Below are positions 8,610 through 18,665 of a DNA stretch of 33,457 bases, one piece after another (within the stretch, counting starts at the first letter, position 1; each line of letters opens with the position of its first letter). The translations under genes and the position numbers were made by a program. The notes under the pieces were generated by a model. The model made no database searches, was not told the DNA's origin, and saw only the letters and a program-made list of their open reading frames with translations. This DNA is from Planctomycetota bacterium (GTDB lineage Bacteria > Planctomycetota > UBA1135 > UBA2386): contig JAGQQZ010000613.1 in the NCBI GenBank assembly GCA_020425915.1, positions 1 to 33,457 of the forward strand, given 5' to 3'.

Positions 8610-9967
8610 CCCGCCGGCTTCGGTCCGTTGAGGAGCCAGTGCACCCAGATCGAAGCCGCGTATCCCAGCACGACGACCGGCGTCCACCGAAGGTGCGCGG
8701 CGAACGTGTACATCCCGCGCGCCGTCCCCATGAGCGCGACGCCCGCGGCGGACCCGACCGACAACATCGACCCGCCGACTCCGGCAGTCAACGTGATCAG
8801 CAGCCACTGGAAGTGCTGCTCGGCCGTCGTCGTCCCCATCGTCGGGTCCATCTTCAGGACCGCGAACATCACTGGCACGTTGTCGAGCACGGCCGACACG
8901 ACCCCGACGGCGATGTTGGCCGGCAGCGCGCCGTACTGATCGTAGAGGGCAACCGAGGCGCTGAGCAGGAAGCCGAGCTCAGCGAGCCCGCCGACGCACA
9001 TGATCACGCCGAAGAAGAACAGCAACGTGTCCCATTCGACTTCGGCGACGTTCTGGAGCACGTCGACGGACTCTCCCTTCTTGTGCCGCCGGACGCGCCG
9101 CTGCCGCGTGAACCCGTAGAACATGAAGTAGGCGAGCCCCGTCGTCATCCCCAGGAACGGCGGCAGGTGCCAGCGCGCGTGGAAGATCACGGCCGTCACG
9201 ATCGTCAGCAGGAACAGCACGATCACGATCAGCCATCCCTCCTTGAGCTCGACGTGCTCCTGCATCGGCTCCGGACGGGTGTTCGGCAGGAAGAACGCCA
9301 TGATCGCTGCCGGCACGAGCCAGTTGACCAGCGACGGCACCAGGATCGAGACGAACTCGAGCGCCTCCACCTTGTGTGCGGCCCAGACCATCAGCGTCGT
9401 GATGTCGCCGAACGGTGAGAACGCGCCACCCGCATTGGCCGCCACGACGACGTTGATGCACGCCATCGAGATGAACCTCGGGTTACCGCGACCGACGGTG
9501 ACGACCACGGCCCCCATCAGCAGCGCGGTCGTCAGGTTGTCCGCAATCGGCGAGATCATGAACGCCAGCGCACCCGTGACCCAGAACACCGCGCGCAGAC
9601 CGAACCCCGCGGAGACCAGCCACGCGTTGATCCGCAGGAACACGTTTCGTTCCCCGATCGCGCTGATGTAAGTCATCGCGACCATCAGGAAGAGGAACAG
9701 CTCGGCGAAGTCGGATACGTGGTGCTTCACCTGCGCCGCGAGGTCCACCGGGTGATCGCCACCCATGAGCCCGGCGTCCTCGAATGCCAGCGCGGTGAAC
9801 AACCAGATCAGTCCCGCGGCGAAGATCACGGGCTTCGACTTCCGCAGGTGGATCAGGTCCTCGGTGACGACGAGCGTGTACGCGAGGACGAAGACGACGA
9901 GCGCCACGATCGCGTAGCCATTGCTGGCCAGGTCGTGGGCGGTATCGCTAGCCAGGAAGCTGAGCAC
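8606..9967 (-). CDS. nhaD: NhaD-type Na+/H+ antiporter (ArsB/NhaD permease superfamily)
   Basis: 453 aa with about 11-12 hydrophobic helices. The N-terminal segment VFVLAYTLVVTEDLIHLRKSKPVIFAAGLIW and the overall layout resemble NhaD/CitMHS-type carriers. GTG start at 9965-9967. Subfamily and substrate are not certain from sequence alone. Confidence 0.6.
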   Translation of the reverse strand: MLSFLASDTAHDLASNGYAIVALVVFVLAYTLVVTEDLIHLRKSKPVIFAAGLIWLFTALAFEDAGLMGGDHPVDLAAQVKHHVSDFAELFLFLMVAMTYISAIGERNVFLRINAWLVSAGFGLRAVFWVTGALAFMISPIADNLTTALLMGAVVVTVGRGNPRFISMACINVVVAANAGGAFSPFGDITTLMVWAAHKVEALEFVSILVPSLVNWLVPAAIMAFFLPNTRPEPMQEHVELKEGWLIVIVLFLLTIVTAVIFHARWHLPPFLGMTTGLAYFMFYGFTRQRRVRRHKKGESVDVLQNVAEVEWDTLLFFFGVIMCVGGLAELGFLLSASVALYDQYGALPANIAVGVVSAVLDNVPVMFAVLKMDPTMGTTTAEQHFQWLLITLTAGVGGSMLSVGSAAGVALMGTARGMYTFAAHLRWTPVVVLGYAASIWVHWLLNGPKPAG

Positions 9968-10052
9968 GGAGGGGCCTCATTGGATTCAGCACGGGGCTAT
10001 CGACACAGGATGGCCCTGTGCCGAATCGATTCCAGGAAATGTCGGGCGGCGT

Positions 10053-10775
10053 TCAGCCCGCCTCGACTGCGTCCGCGTCGACGAACGACGCGATGCACGC
10101 GTCGACGGCTTGGAACAGCGGCGCCTGGCGCACTCCGAGCAGGCTCAGCACCTGGTGGGCACTCAGCGTGGAGTCGAGGTCGGCGCCCTGACCTTCCGGG
10201 AACAGCACCGGTTCCTCATGGGCACCGAACGACAGCGGCGGCAGATTCGGATCGTGCGCCTGCTGCTCGGCCTTGTCGAGCAAGTCGCGCAGGTCGACGC
10301 CGCGCAGCACGAGCAGCTCCCACGGCTTGTCCTCGAGGCGACGGGCGTACAGCTCGTGCAGCGCGAGGATGTGCTTGCACGGCATCTCCGGATCCCCGCA
10401 CGTGCACGCTGAGGTGACCCGGCGCGCTTCGGGGAACACCGACTCGTTGGCGATGCGAGCGATCAACCGGTCGAACGAGCGCGGCACACGCCCCATGCCG
10501 AGCGCCTCCCGCATGCTCGCGGATCGTCGCATCACACGGACGACCTGCGGCCAGATTCTCGTCGGCAGCTTCGGGACGTGGATGCTGACCTCGTTGATCG
10601 AGCCCATCGTCCCTTCGAGTTCGGCCTGGATCGCGCCCGGCACGATGCGAACGCGCGGCGCCCGAATCGACGGCAACGAGGACAGCGCGAGCTCGAGCCG
10701 GTTGTCGTCCCCGAGCGATGCGAGCGCTCGCCAGCGCTCGCTCGTGGACAGCGGCCTCACATGGCGATCGCTCAT
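10053..10775 (-). CDS. SWIM zinc-finger protein (partner of the upstream SNF2 helicase)
   Basis: CTCGDPEMPCKH (nt 10371-10406) fits the SWIM signature CxCx(n)CxH. The ATG overlaps the SNF2 stop (ATGA at 10772-10775). Confidence 0.8.
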   Translation of the reverse strand: MSDRHVRPLSTSERWRALASLGDDNRLELALSSLPSIRAPRVRIVPGAIQAELEGTMGSINEVSIHVPKLPTRIWPQVVRVMRRSASMREALGMGRVPRSFDRLIARIANESVFPEARRVTSACTCGDPEMPCKHILALHELYARRLEDKPWELLVLRGVDLRDLLDKAEQQAHDPNLPPLSFGAHEEPVLFPEGQGADLDSTLSAHQVLSLLGVRQAPLFQAVDACIASFVDADAVEAG

Positions 10776-13639
10776 GCCAGCGCCTCCTGACGATCGAGCA
10801 GGAGCAACTTCTTGAGCTCGTCGTTGCTGAGTTCGGTCAGCCAGCTCTCGCCGGCCCCGAGCAACGTGTTGGCGACATCGCGCTTCAGCTCGAGCATCTC
10901 CTGGATCCGTTCTTCGAGCGTGCCCGTGCAGACGAACTTGTGGACGAAGACGTTGCGCCGCTGACCGATGCGGAACGCACGGTCGGTCGCCTGGTCCTCA
11001 ACCGCGGGATTCCACCAGCGATCGAAGTGGAACACGCGATTCGCAGCGGTGAGGTTGAGGCCCGTACCGCCGGCCTTGAGCGAGAGCACGAACACGCGCG
11101 GACTCTCGTCGGTGGCCGTCTGGAACTGGTTGACCATCTCCTCGCGGTCCTTCTGCGGCACGCCACCGTGGAGGAACAGCACCTGCGACTGGATGACCTC
11201 CTCGATGTGCGTCTTGAGCAGGCTGCCCATCTCCTTGAACTGCGTGAACACCAGGCAGCGGTCGCCCTCCGACAGCGCTTCCTCGACCATCTCCGTCAGG
11301 AGGTCGAGCTTGCCCGAGCGATTCGGCAGCGCCGACCCATCGCCGTGGTAGTGCGCCGGGTGGTTGCAGACCTGCTTGAGACGCAGCAGCGTCGTCAGGA
11401 TCGCGCCGCGGCGCTTGATGCCCTCGCCGGCCAACTCGACTTCTTCGAGTCCCCTGCGAACGACTTCCTCGTAGAGCGCCGCCTGCTCCGGATGGAGTCG
11501 CGTGACGCAGATCTGCTCCGACTTCTCGGGCAGGTCCGAGATGATGTCGGTGTCCGTCTTGAGTCGGCGGAGCACGAACGGTCGCACCAGCCGACTGAGC
11601 ATCGAAGCCTTCGAACGGCTGCGCTGGCGCACGATCGGGTGTTCGAGGCTCTGCAAGAACGTCGTCCGGTTGCCGAGCAGTCCCTCGTTGAGGAAGTCCA
11701 TGATCGACCAGAGGTCGAGCGGACGGTTCTCGAGCGGCGTGCCGGTCAGTACGAGGCGGAATTGTCCGCGCAGGTCGCGCGCGACCTTCGACTGCCGTGT
11801 CGCCGGGTTCTTGATGTTCTGCGCCTCGTCGAGGATCAGTCCCTCCCACACCGTGTTCAGGAACAGGTCCTGGTCACGCTGCAGGAGGTTGTAGCTCGTG
11901 AGCACGACGTCGACGCCCTCGAGCGACTTCACGAACGCATCGGGCTCGCGCGGACGCTGCTTGCCGTGATGCAGCACGTGCGTGAGCTGCGGCGCGAATC
12001 GATTGAGTTCGCGGCGCCAGTTGCCGAGCACGCTGACCGGACAGACGAGGAGGGTAGGCGTGGTCGGGTTGTTGTTCTTGATCCAGTCGAGCACGACCAC
12101 GATGGCCTGGATCGTCTTGCCGAGACCCATGTCGTCGGCGAGGCACGCCCCGAACCCCTGGTCGACGAGGTAGTGGATCCAGGCGTGGCCGCGATTCTGG
12201 TACGGCCGCAGCTCGCCGACGAAGCCCTCTGGAACGTCGCGCGACTCGATCTCGCGGGCCTTCTCGAGCGACTCGACGAGACGCTCGAGACGCGGTGCGG
12301 TCTCCATCGTCTCGACCGCGAGCCCGTGGAGATGGGTCGCTCCGCCGAGCTTGAGACGCAACGCGTCGAAGAAGCTGATCTTCTGCCCGTCGTCAGCGGC
12401 ACGCTTGCCGAACTCTTCGAGCGCGGCACGATCCTTCGGTGTGAGGAGGATGGGCTGATCGTCGAGGTAGACGAGCGGGGACTTCGCCTTGAGCAGGGTG
12501 TCGAACTCGTCCTTGGAGAGTTCCTTGCCGCCGATCGCGAGCGACCATTTGAACTCGAACCACGGCTGCTTCGAGTCGGCGACCTCGCCATCGCTGCTCT
12601 CGGCGATCGTGACGCGGGCGGCGAGCCGCTCCATGCCCTCGACTCCGGGCAGGGTGATGACGAAGCCCTCGTTCTCGAGCAGCGTCAGGTGGTCGAGGAG
12701 TTGGTCGAGTTCCTGGCGATTCAACGAGGCCTTGCCGTCGGCCATGTTCATCGCGCGGTGGAGCGCGGTGATCTTGCCGCTGACCTCGTCGAGGTGGGCC
12801 CGCAGTCGCGTCAGGCCATCCCTCGCCAGCGGATCGGCGAACAGGTCGTGGGACAGCCGGTCTTCGAGCGCTTCGAGTGGATACCCGACGGTCTGTCCCG
12901 GAATCGGCCGGAACAGGAGCTGGATCGCCCACGGCACTCCTTCCTCGAGCTCGCGTTCGGGTACGAGGACCTCGATCACGGGCTGCGGACGAGTGTGCCA
13001 GAACGACTCCGGCAAACGATCGGCAGTTTCGTTGTGGGACTCGTGGCCGGCGGCAGTCGCGCTGATCGCATGACCGACGAAACTGACCGCGAAGTTCCGT
13101 GGCGTGACGGCGTAGACCGGGTCGTCCTCGGCCGCGAATCGCGCCGTCAGCAACGAAGTCGGCGCGATCTCGGCGAGCGCCTTCAGGCACGCGATCGACG
13201 CCGGGTTCCAGTGCGGGAGGAAACGCAACACCTGCGAATCGGCCGGAGCGAACTCGCCCTTGGCCAACATCCCGGCGACGAAGGTCGCGCCGCGGCACAG
13301 GAACGACAGACCGGGCTGTTCGACCGAGGGTTCGTAGCTCGCGAGGAATGGAATCGCCTGCGCGAGCGGCAACGCCCGACCGGGTAGCTTCCAAAGCGCC
13401 GGCGCGATCCGGCGCTTCGCGAGTCGTTCGCCCTTGCGAGCCTCGGCGACGCCGATCGGCTTCAGCGTGGCCTCTTCGGTCGGCAGCAGGATCTCGAACT
13501 CTGCATCGTCACACGCACTGACGATCTCGGGCGGCAGCGCCGCGTCGACGTCGGTCAGACCGCCGGCGCTGAAGAACGCGATCCGGGCGTCTTCGGGCGA
13601 GCGCGCGTGTAGGTATGCAGCATCCATCGGTGTGGTCAC
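10772..13639 (-). CDS. SNF2/Rad54-family DEAD/DEAH-box helicase-like ATPase with a long N-terminal region
   Basis: LRPYQNRGHAWIHYL, LADDMGLGKTIQ (motif I), ILDEAQNIKNP (motif II), LTGTPLENR, FTQF, GGTGLNLTAANRVFHFDRWWNP and QATDRAFRIGQ are the full SNF2 motif set. The segment FEFKWSLAIGGKELSKDEFDTLLKAKSPLVYLDD resembles the bacterial SNF2-associated domain. GTG at 13637-13639, or ATG at 13625-13627. Confidence 0.9.
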   Translation of the reverse strand: MTTPMDAAYLHARSPEDARIAFFSAGGLTDVDAALPPEIVSACDDAEFEILLPTEEATLKPIGVAEARKGERLAKRRIAPALWKLPGRALPLAQAIPFLASYEPSVEQPGLSFLCRGATFVAGMLAKGEFAPADSQVLRFLPHWNPASIACLKALAEIAPTSLLTARFAAEDDPVYAVTPRNFAVSFVGHAISATAAGHESHNETADRLPESFWHTRPQPVIEVLVPERELEEGVPWAIQLLFRPIPGQTVGYPLEALEDRLSHDLFADPLARDGLTRLRAHLDEVSGKITALHRAMNMADGKASLNRQELDQLLDHLTLLENEGFVITLPGVEGMERLAARVTIAESSDGEVADSKQPWFEFKWSLAIGGKELSKDEFDTLLKAKSPLVYLDDQPILLTPKDRAALEEFGKRAADDGQKISFFDALRLKLGGATHLHGLAVETMETAPRLERLVESLEKAREIESRDVPEGFVGELRPYQNRGHAWIHYLVDQGFGACLADDMGLGKTIQAIVVVLDWIKNNNPTTPTLLVCPVSVLGNWRRELNRFAPQLTHVLHHGKQRPREPDAFVKSLEGVDVVLTSYNLLQRDQDLFLNTVWEGLILDEAQNIKNPATRQSKVARDLRGQFRLVLTGTPLENRPLDLWSIMDFLNEGLLGNRTTFLQSLEHPIVRQRSRSKASMLSRLVRPFVLRRLKTDTDIISDLPEKSEQICVTRLHPEQAALYEEVVRRGLEEVELAGEGIKRRGAILTTLLRLKQVCNHPAHYHGDGSALPNRSGKLDLLTEMVEEALSEGDRCLVFTQFKEMGSLLKTHIEEVIQSQVLFLHGGVPQKDREEMVNQFQTATDESPRVFVLSLKAGGTGLNLTAANRVFHFDRWWNPAVEDQATDRAFRIGQRRNVFVHKFVCTGTLEERIQEMLELKRDVANTLLGAGESWLTELSNDELKKLLLLDRQEALA

Positions 13640-13677
13640 GAGGTGGCCCCGCGCCGAACGAGACGCGAGGCCATCGC

Positions 13678-13698
13678 CTCGGAGGGGAAACCTCCGAG
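13678..13698 (-). terminator. GC-rich hairpin downstream of the oxidase operon (possible intrinsic terminator without a U-tract)
   Basis: CTCGGAGG (13678-13685) and CCTCCGAG (13691-13698) form a perfect 8-bp stem with a 5-nt loop, 24 nt past the subunit IV stop on the minus strand. No T-run follows, so function is uncertain. Confidence 0.35.
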
Positions 13699-13721
13699 TA
13701 TAGCGTTCGACGCGGGCTGGG

Positions 13722-14105
13722 TCAGTCCGTCTGTGCCGGCGGTTCGGCGTGCTGGCTCATCGTCGGGTCGATCGATCCGCGCGTCGCGAAGTCGGCCATC
13801 GTGAAGAGGAACAGCAACCCCAGGAACAGCAGCGAGCCGAGGAACGCAATGTTGTTGATCGCGGTGTCCCAGCGAAGGTGCATGAAGATCGCCATGACGC
13901 AGCCGGCCTTGACCGACGCGATCGCCATCGCGATCAGCAAGTTCGCGGAACCGAAGTGGAACTGCGCGACCCCGACCGTCAACACGGTCAGGATGAGCAG
14001 CGCGACGTAGACCTTGAGGAACGTGCCGGCGCTGCAGACGTGCGCGTGCAGCGACTTGTCGATCTGGACTTCGCCGTGTTCGGCGTGGGCGTGGGCGTCG
14101 CTCAT
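13722..14105 (-). CDS. ctaF: Cytochrome c oxidase subunit IV (prokaryotic COX4 family)
   Basis: 127 aa with three TM helices. The motif FMHLRWDT is typical of bacterial subunit IV/CyoD-like proteins. It follows subunit III with a 1-nt gap. Confidence 0.75.
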   Translation of the reverse strand: MSDAHAHAEHGEVQIDKSLHAHVCSAGTFLKVYVALLILTVLTVGVAQFHFGSANLLIAMAIASVKAGCVMAIFMHLRWDTAINNIAFLGSLLFLGLLFLFTMADFATRGSIDPTMSQHAEPPAQTD

Positions 14106-14106
14106 C

Positions 14107-14795
14107 TCAGGGCACCAGATACAGCAGGGGGAACAGGAAGATCCAGATCAGGTCGACGATGTGCCAGTAGAGCCCGATCAGGTCGACGGGAGCGGAGAAG
14201 CCGGAGTGGAAGCGGCCCTTGCCGCCCTGCCAGATCAACCAGCTGATCGCCAACATCCCGAGGATGACGTGCACGCCGTGGATGCCCGTCATCGTCCAGT
14301 AGAACGAGAAGAACAGATTCGGCCACTCGACGTTCGCGAACTCCTCGGCGTAGTGCCCGTGCGGGTGCCAGAAGCTCCCGGGCAGCAGGCCGTGCTCGAT
14401 CTTCGCGGTGTACTCGAAGTACTTCACGACCAGGAAGCCGCCGGCGCAGAGCAAGGTGACCCAGAGGAAGCCGAGCATCTGCTTCTTCTGGCTCAGCTGG
14501 CACGCCCGCACTCCCATCGCCATCGTCCAGGAGCTGGTCAGCAGGATGACCGTGTTCAGCGAGCCCATCGGCACGCTGAGCTGCTCGCCACCCTTGACGA
14601 ACGTCTCGGGATACTGGCCGTGGAAGATGAAGTAGGCCGCGAACACGCCGCCGAACAGCATGACTTCGGTCGCGAGGAACAACCAGAAGCCCAGCTTGAC
14701 GGAGTGGAACTCTTGGTTCGCGTCGTGGAAGTGATGCGCGACGACGTGGGGACGGAACCCCTCGGGCGTCGGCGTCTGGACGATGGGACCGTGGC

Positions 14796-14799
<4 letters not shown>
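14107..14799 (-). CDS. ctaE: Cytochrome c oxidase subunit III
   Basis: Heme-copper oxidase subunit III features ([33 protein letters not shown]). ATGA overlap with subunit I. Confidence 0.9.
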
Positions 14800-16460
<1,661 letters not shown>

Positions 16461-16464
16461 GGTG

Positions 16465-17493
16465 TCAGTCCTTCAGGGTTTCCAGGTACTTGCAGATCGC
16501 GTCGATGCCCTCTTCCGGGATCATCGATTCGTCGTACGGCGTCATGACGACGCCTTCGAAACCCTTGACGATCTTCGCGCTCGGGTTGCGGATCGACTCG
16601 TGGACGTAGTTGCGGTCGACGGTGACGGTCGAGCCGTCGGCGAGGACCTCCGTCTTGCCCCACAGGCCCTTGAACGACGGGCCGACCCGCGGGGTCCCGT
16701 CGATGGAATGGCAGGCGATGCAGAGACTGGAATAGAACTGGGCACCCCAGTCCTCGTCCTTCTCGGGTCGCTTGTTCCAAGGCTTCTCGTCGAACCGCTC
16801 CTTCGACACGACGTGCACCGTCGAGATCATCTGCGAGTGGTCCTTGCCGCAGTACTCGGCGCAGAACAGCGGGTAGTCGCCCTCGACCGTCGGCGTGAAC
16901 CACACGGTCTGGTAGCGGCCGGGTAGCACGTCGCGCTTCGCGCGGAACGCCGGCACGAAGAACGAGTGGAGCACGTCCTTGCTCGACATCGTGAACTTCA
17001 CCGGGACGCCGACCTCGCACCAGAATTCGTTGAGGGTGCTGTCCTTCTGACCCGGATGCTGGAACGCCCAGCTCCACTGAGACGCGGTCGCGCGATATTG
17101 GCGGGCATCGCCCGGGGCGATCGACTGCTCGAGGTTGCCCTTCCAGCCCCAGGCGAAGATCACCATGAGGATGATCGTCGGGATCAACGTCCACACGACT
17201 TCGAGCGCCGTGTTGTGCGTGACGCTCGACGCGGCGGCCTGGCTCTCGTGCTTCCGTCGGTTCTGGATCGTCGTGTAGACCAGCAGGCCCGCGATCAGGA
17301 AGAAGAAGAAGACGCTGAGCCAGAAGCAGAAGTAGAACAGGCCGTCGACGTCCGACGCGAACGTCGACGCGGCCGGCGGCATCTGCCCGATCCCGTCACC
17401 CACCACCGAACGTGCGTCCGGGAAGGTGTGCGGTTGTTTGGGGTTCGGGTCCCCTTGCGGGATCAGAGGGAGGTAGGGGAGCAATCCAAGCAT
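16465..17493 (-). CDS. ctaC: Cytochrome c oxidase subunit II with fused C-terminal cytochrome c domain (caa3-type)
   Basis: CuA site HSFFVPAFR...[12 protein letters not shown] and a C-terminal heme c site CIACHSIDG with a VVMTPY Met ligand. ATG at 17491-17493 (GAGGA 8 nt upstream, 10 nt after the SCO stop) is preferred over the track start at 17532. Confidence 0.9.
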   Translation of the reverse strand: MLGLLPYLPLIPQGDPNPKQPHTFPDARSVVGDGIGQMPPAASTFASDVDGLFYFCFWLSVFFFFLIAGLLVYTTIQNRRKHESQAAASSVTHNTALEVVWTLIPTIILMVIFAWGWKGNLEQSIAPGDARQYRATASQWSWAFQHPGQKDSTLNEFWCEVGVPVKFTMSSKDVLHSFFVPAFRAKRDVLPGRYQTVWFTPTVEGDYPLFCAEYCGKDHSQMISTVHVVSKERFDEKPWNKRPEKDEDWGAQFYSSLCIACHSIDGTPRVGPSFKGLWGKTEVLADGSTVTVDRNYVHESIRNPSAKIVKGFEGVVMTPYDESMIPEEGIDAICKYLETLKD

Positions 17494-17503
17494 CGGGTGG
17501 TCC

Positions 17504-18325
17504 TCAGGTCGCGACGGCCAGGGTCTTGGCACGTTCGCGCCGCCAAAGAACGAAGATCAGGCTGCCGAGCGCCAACACGGTCACGGCACCGGCAATCCGC
17601 ATGACCGTCATCGCGGCGACCGAGTAGGCACCGCTCGACGGGTCGTAGGTCAGGCAACTCACGAACAAGCGCTCGAGGAAGGTTCCGACGGTTCCCTCGC
17701 CGGCCTCGACCAGCGCTCGATTGAAGGTCACGGGCGTCATCGCCAACCCGTTCAGGTAACGCGACACGCGTCCGTCCGGCGTCAGGATGACGATGGTCGG
17801 TGGGTGGTCGATGATGTTCGTGCCCTCGATCCGTTCGAATCGATAGCCGACGCTGTCGCACAGCGCGCGGATGGACGCGTCGTCGCTGGTGACGAAACGC
17901 CAGTGGTCAGCCGCCGCGGGGATGCCGAGCGCCTTGATGAACGCGTTCCGCTTCGACTTCGCGATGTCAGGCCCCTCGTTCGCATCGATGCTGACCGACA
18001 GGATGTCGACCTTCTCGCCGGGCACGATCTCCGCGTTGCGCAGTGCGTCGAGCATCGCGTTGAGGATCGGGCCGCAGGCCAGCGGGCACTCCCAGAAGCC
18101 GAGGTTGAGCACGATCGGCCGCTCGCCCGACACGAGATCGCGGAGCACGACCGAGTTGCCGTCCTCGTCGACGAACTTCAGACCGAGGTCTGCGTCGGCG
18201 CCGAGCTTGTTCGCCATGATCGCGTTCTCGGACAGCACCGGGATCGCGCCCGATTGGGCGATTCCGTGACCGACCGTGAGGACCGTGGCGAGAGCGGAAC
18301 AGAGGATGGCAGCGCGCGCGTTCAC
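17504..18325 (-). CDS. SCO1/SenC-family copper chaperone (thioredoxin fold) with N-terminal signal and a C-terminal hydrophobic helix
   Basis: CxxxC copper motif in LNLGFWECPLACGPIL and the conserved downstream His in IIDHPPTIVILTPDGRV. The GTG start overlaps the upstream stop (GTGA). The C-terminus has a hydrophobic helix, AAMTVMRIAGAVTVLALGSLIFVLW. Confidence 0.8.
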   Translation of the reverse strand: MNARAAILCSALATVLTVGHGIAQSGAIPVLSENAIMANKLGADADLGLKFVDEDGNSVVLRDLVSGERPIVLNLGFWECPLACGPILNAMLDALRNAEIVPGEKVDILSVSIDANEGPDIAKSKRNAFIKALGIPAAADHWRFVTSDDASIRALCDSVGYRFERIEGTNIIDHPPTIVILTPDGRVSRYLNGLAMTPVTFNRALVEAGEGTVGTFLERLFVSCLTYDPSSGAYSVAAMTVMRIAGAVTVLALGSLIFVLWRRERAKTLAVAT

Positions 18326-18657
18326 TTGTCGGTCCGGAGCTCTTGCATCGCTTGTTCGATGCTCATGCGTTTCGGCGACTCACCCGCTTGCAGCATCTCC
18401 GCCTCGTAGGTGCGGAGCTCGGTGATCTGCGGCGTTGGGGCGCGCTCGACCCTCTCGACGACCTGCGAGAACGAGACCGCCGAGAAGATGTAGCTCAGGA
18501 TCCAGACGGAGCCGAACACGAACACCGTCGCGATCACGAGGACGATGACCGTCTTCTTCGCATCGATGTCCTTCTCGGGGTCGAGCCACGCGGCTTTTGC
18601 GCCGGTCGACGAGGAGACGTCGCCGTGCGTCGGTTCGGTCGGTGTTGCGGTCGACAT
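18322..18657 (-). CDS. Small single-pass membrane protein of unknown function (possible ActG-like or supernumerary subunit)
   Basis: 111 aa. One TM helix (TVIVLVIATVFVFGSVWILSYIFSAV) lies between a polar N-terminus and a charged helical C-terminus. GC3 bias is as in its neighbours. It starts 8 nt after the actF stop and overlaps the SCO start. I recognise no family. Confidence 0.6.
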   Translation of the reverse strand: MSTATPTEPTHGDVSSSTGAKAAWLDPEKDIDAKKTVIVLVIATVFVFGSVWILSYIFSAVSFSQVVERVERAPTPQITELRTYEAEMLQAGESPKRMSIEQAMQELRTDK

Positions 18658-18665
18658 GGTTCGCC

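Noticed and set aside
10023-10032. 10-nt palindromes with an ATCGAT core upstream of two minus-strand transcription units (GAATCGATTC at 10023-10032 before nhaD; GGATCGATCC at 26465-26474 before actA)
   Set aside because: With about 1.5 kb of intergenic DNA, a couple of 10-nt palindromes are expected by chance. ATCGAT is also frequent inside genes here (Ile-Asp / Asp-Arg codon pairs). This is not enough to call a shared operator without genome-wide enrichment.
10718-13387. 889-aa ORF on the plus strand, the longest plus-strand ORF in this region
   Set aside because: It lies exactly antisense to the SNF2 helicase, whose full motif set leaves no doubt about the coding strand. The translation is R/E/L/V-rich with no recognisable motif. 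It is a typical stop-codon-poor antisense frame of a high-GC genome.
10053-13639. SNF2 + SWIM as a known anti-phage system (DISARM, Zorya or a similar SNF2-containing system)
   Set aside because: None of the obligatory partner genes is adjacent: no methyltransferase, PLD nuclease, DUF1998 helicase or MotAB-like proteins. Both flanks are housekeeping genes and there are no mobile-element or island signatures. It is kept as a finding only as an uncharacterised pair.
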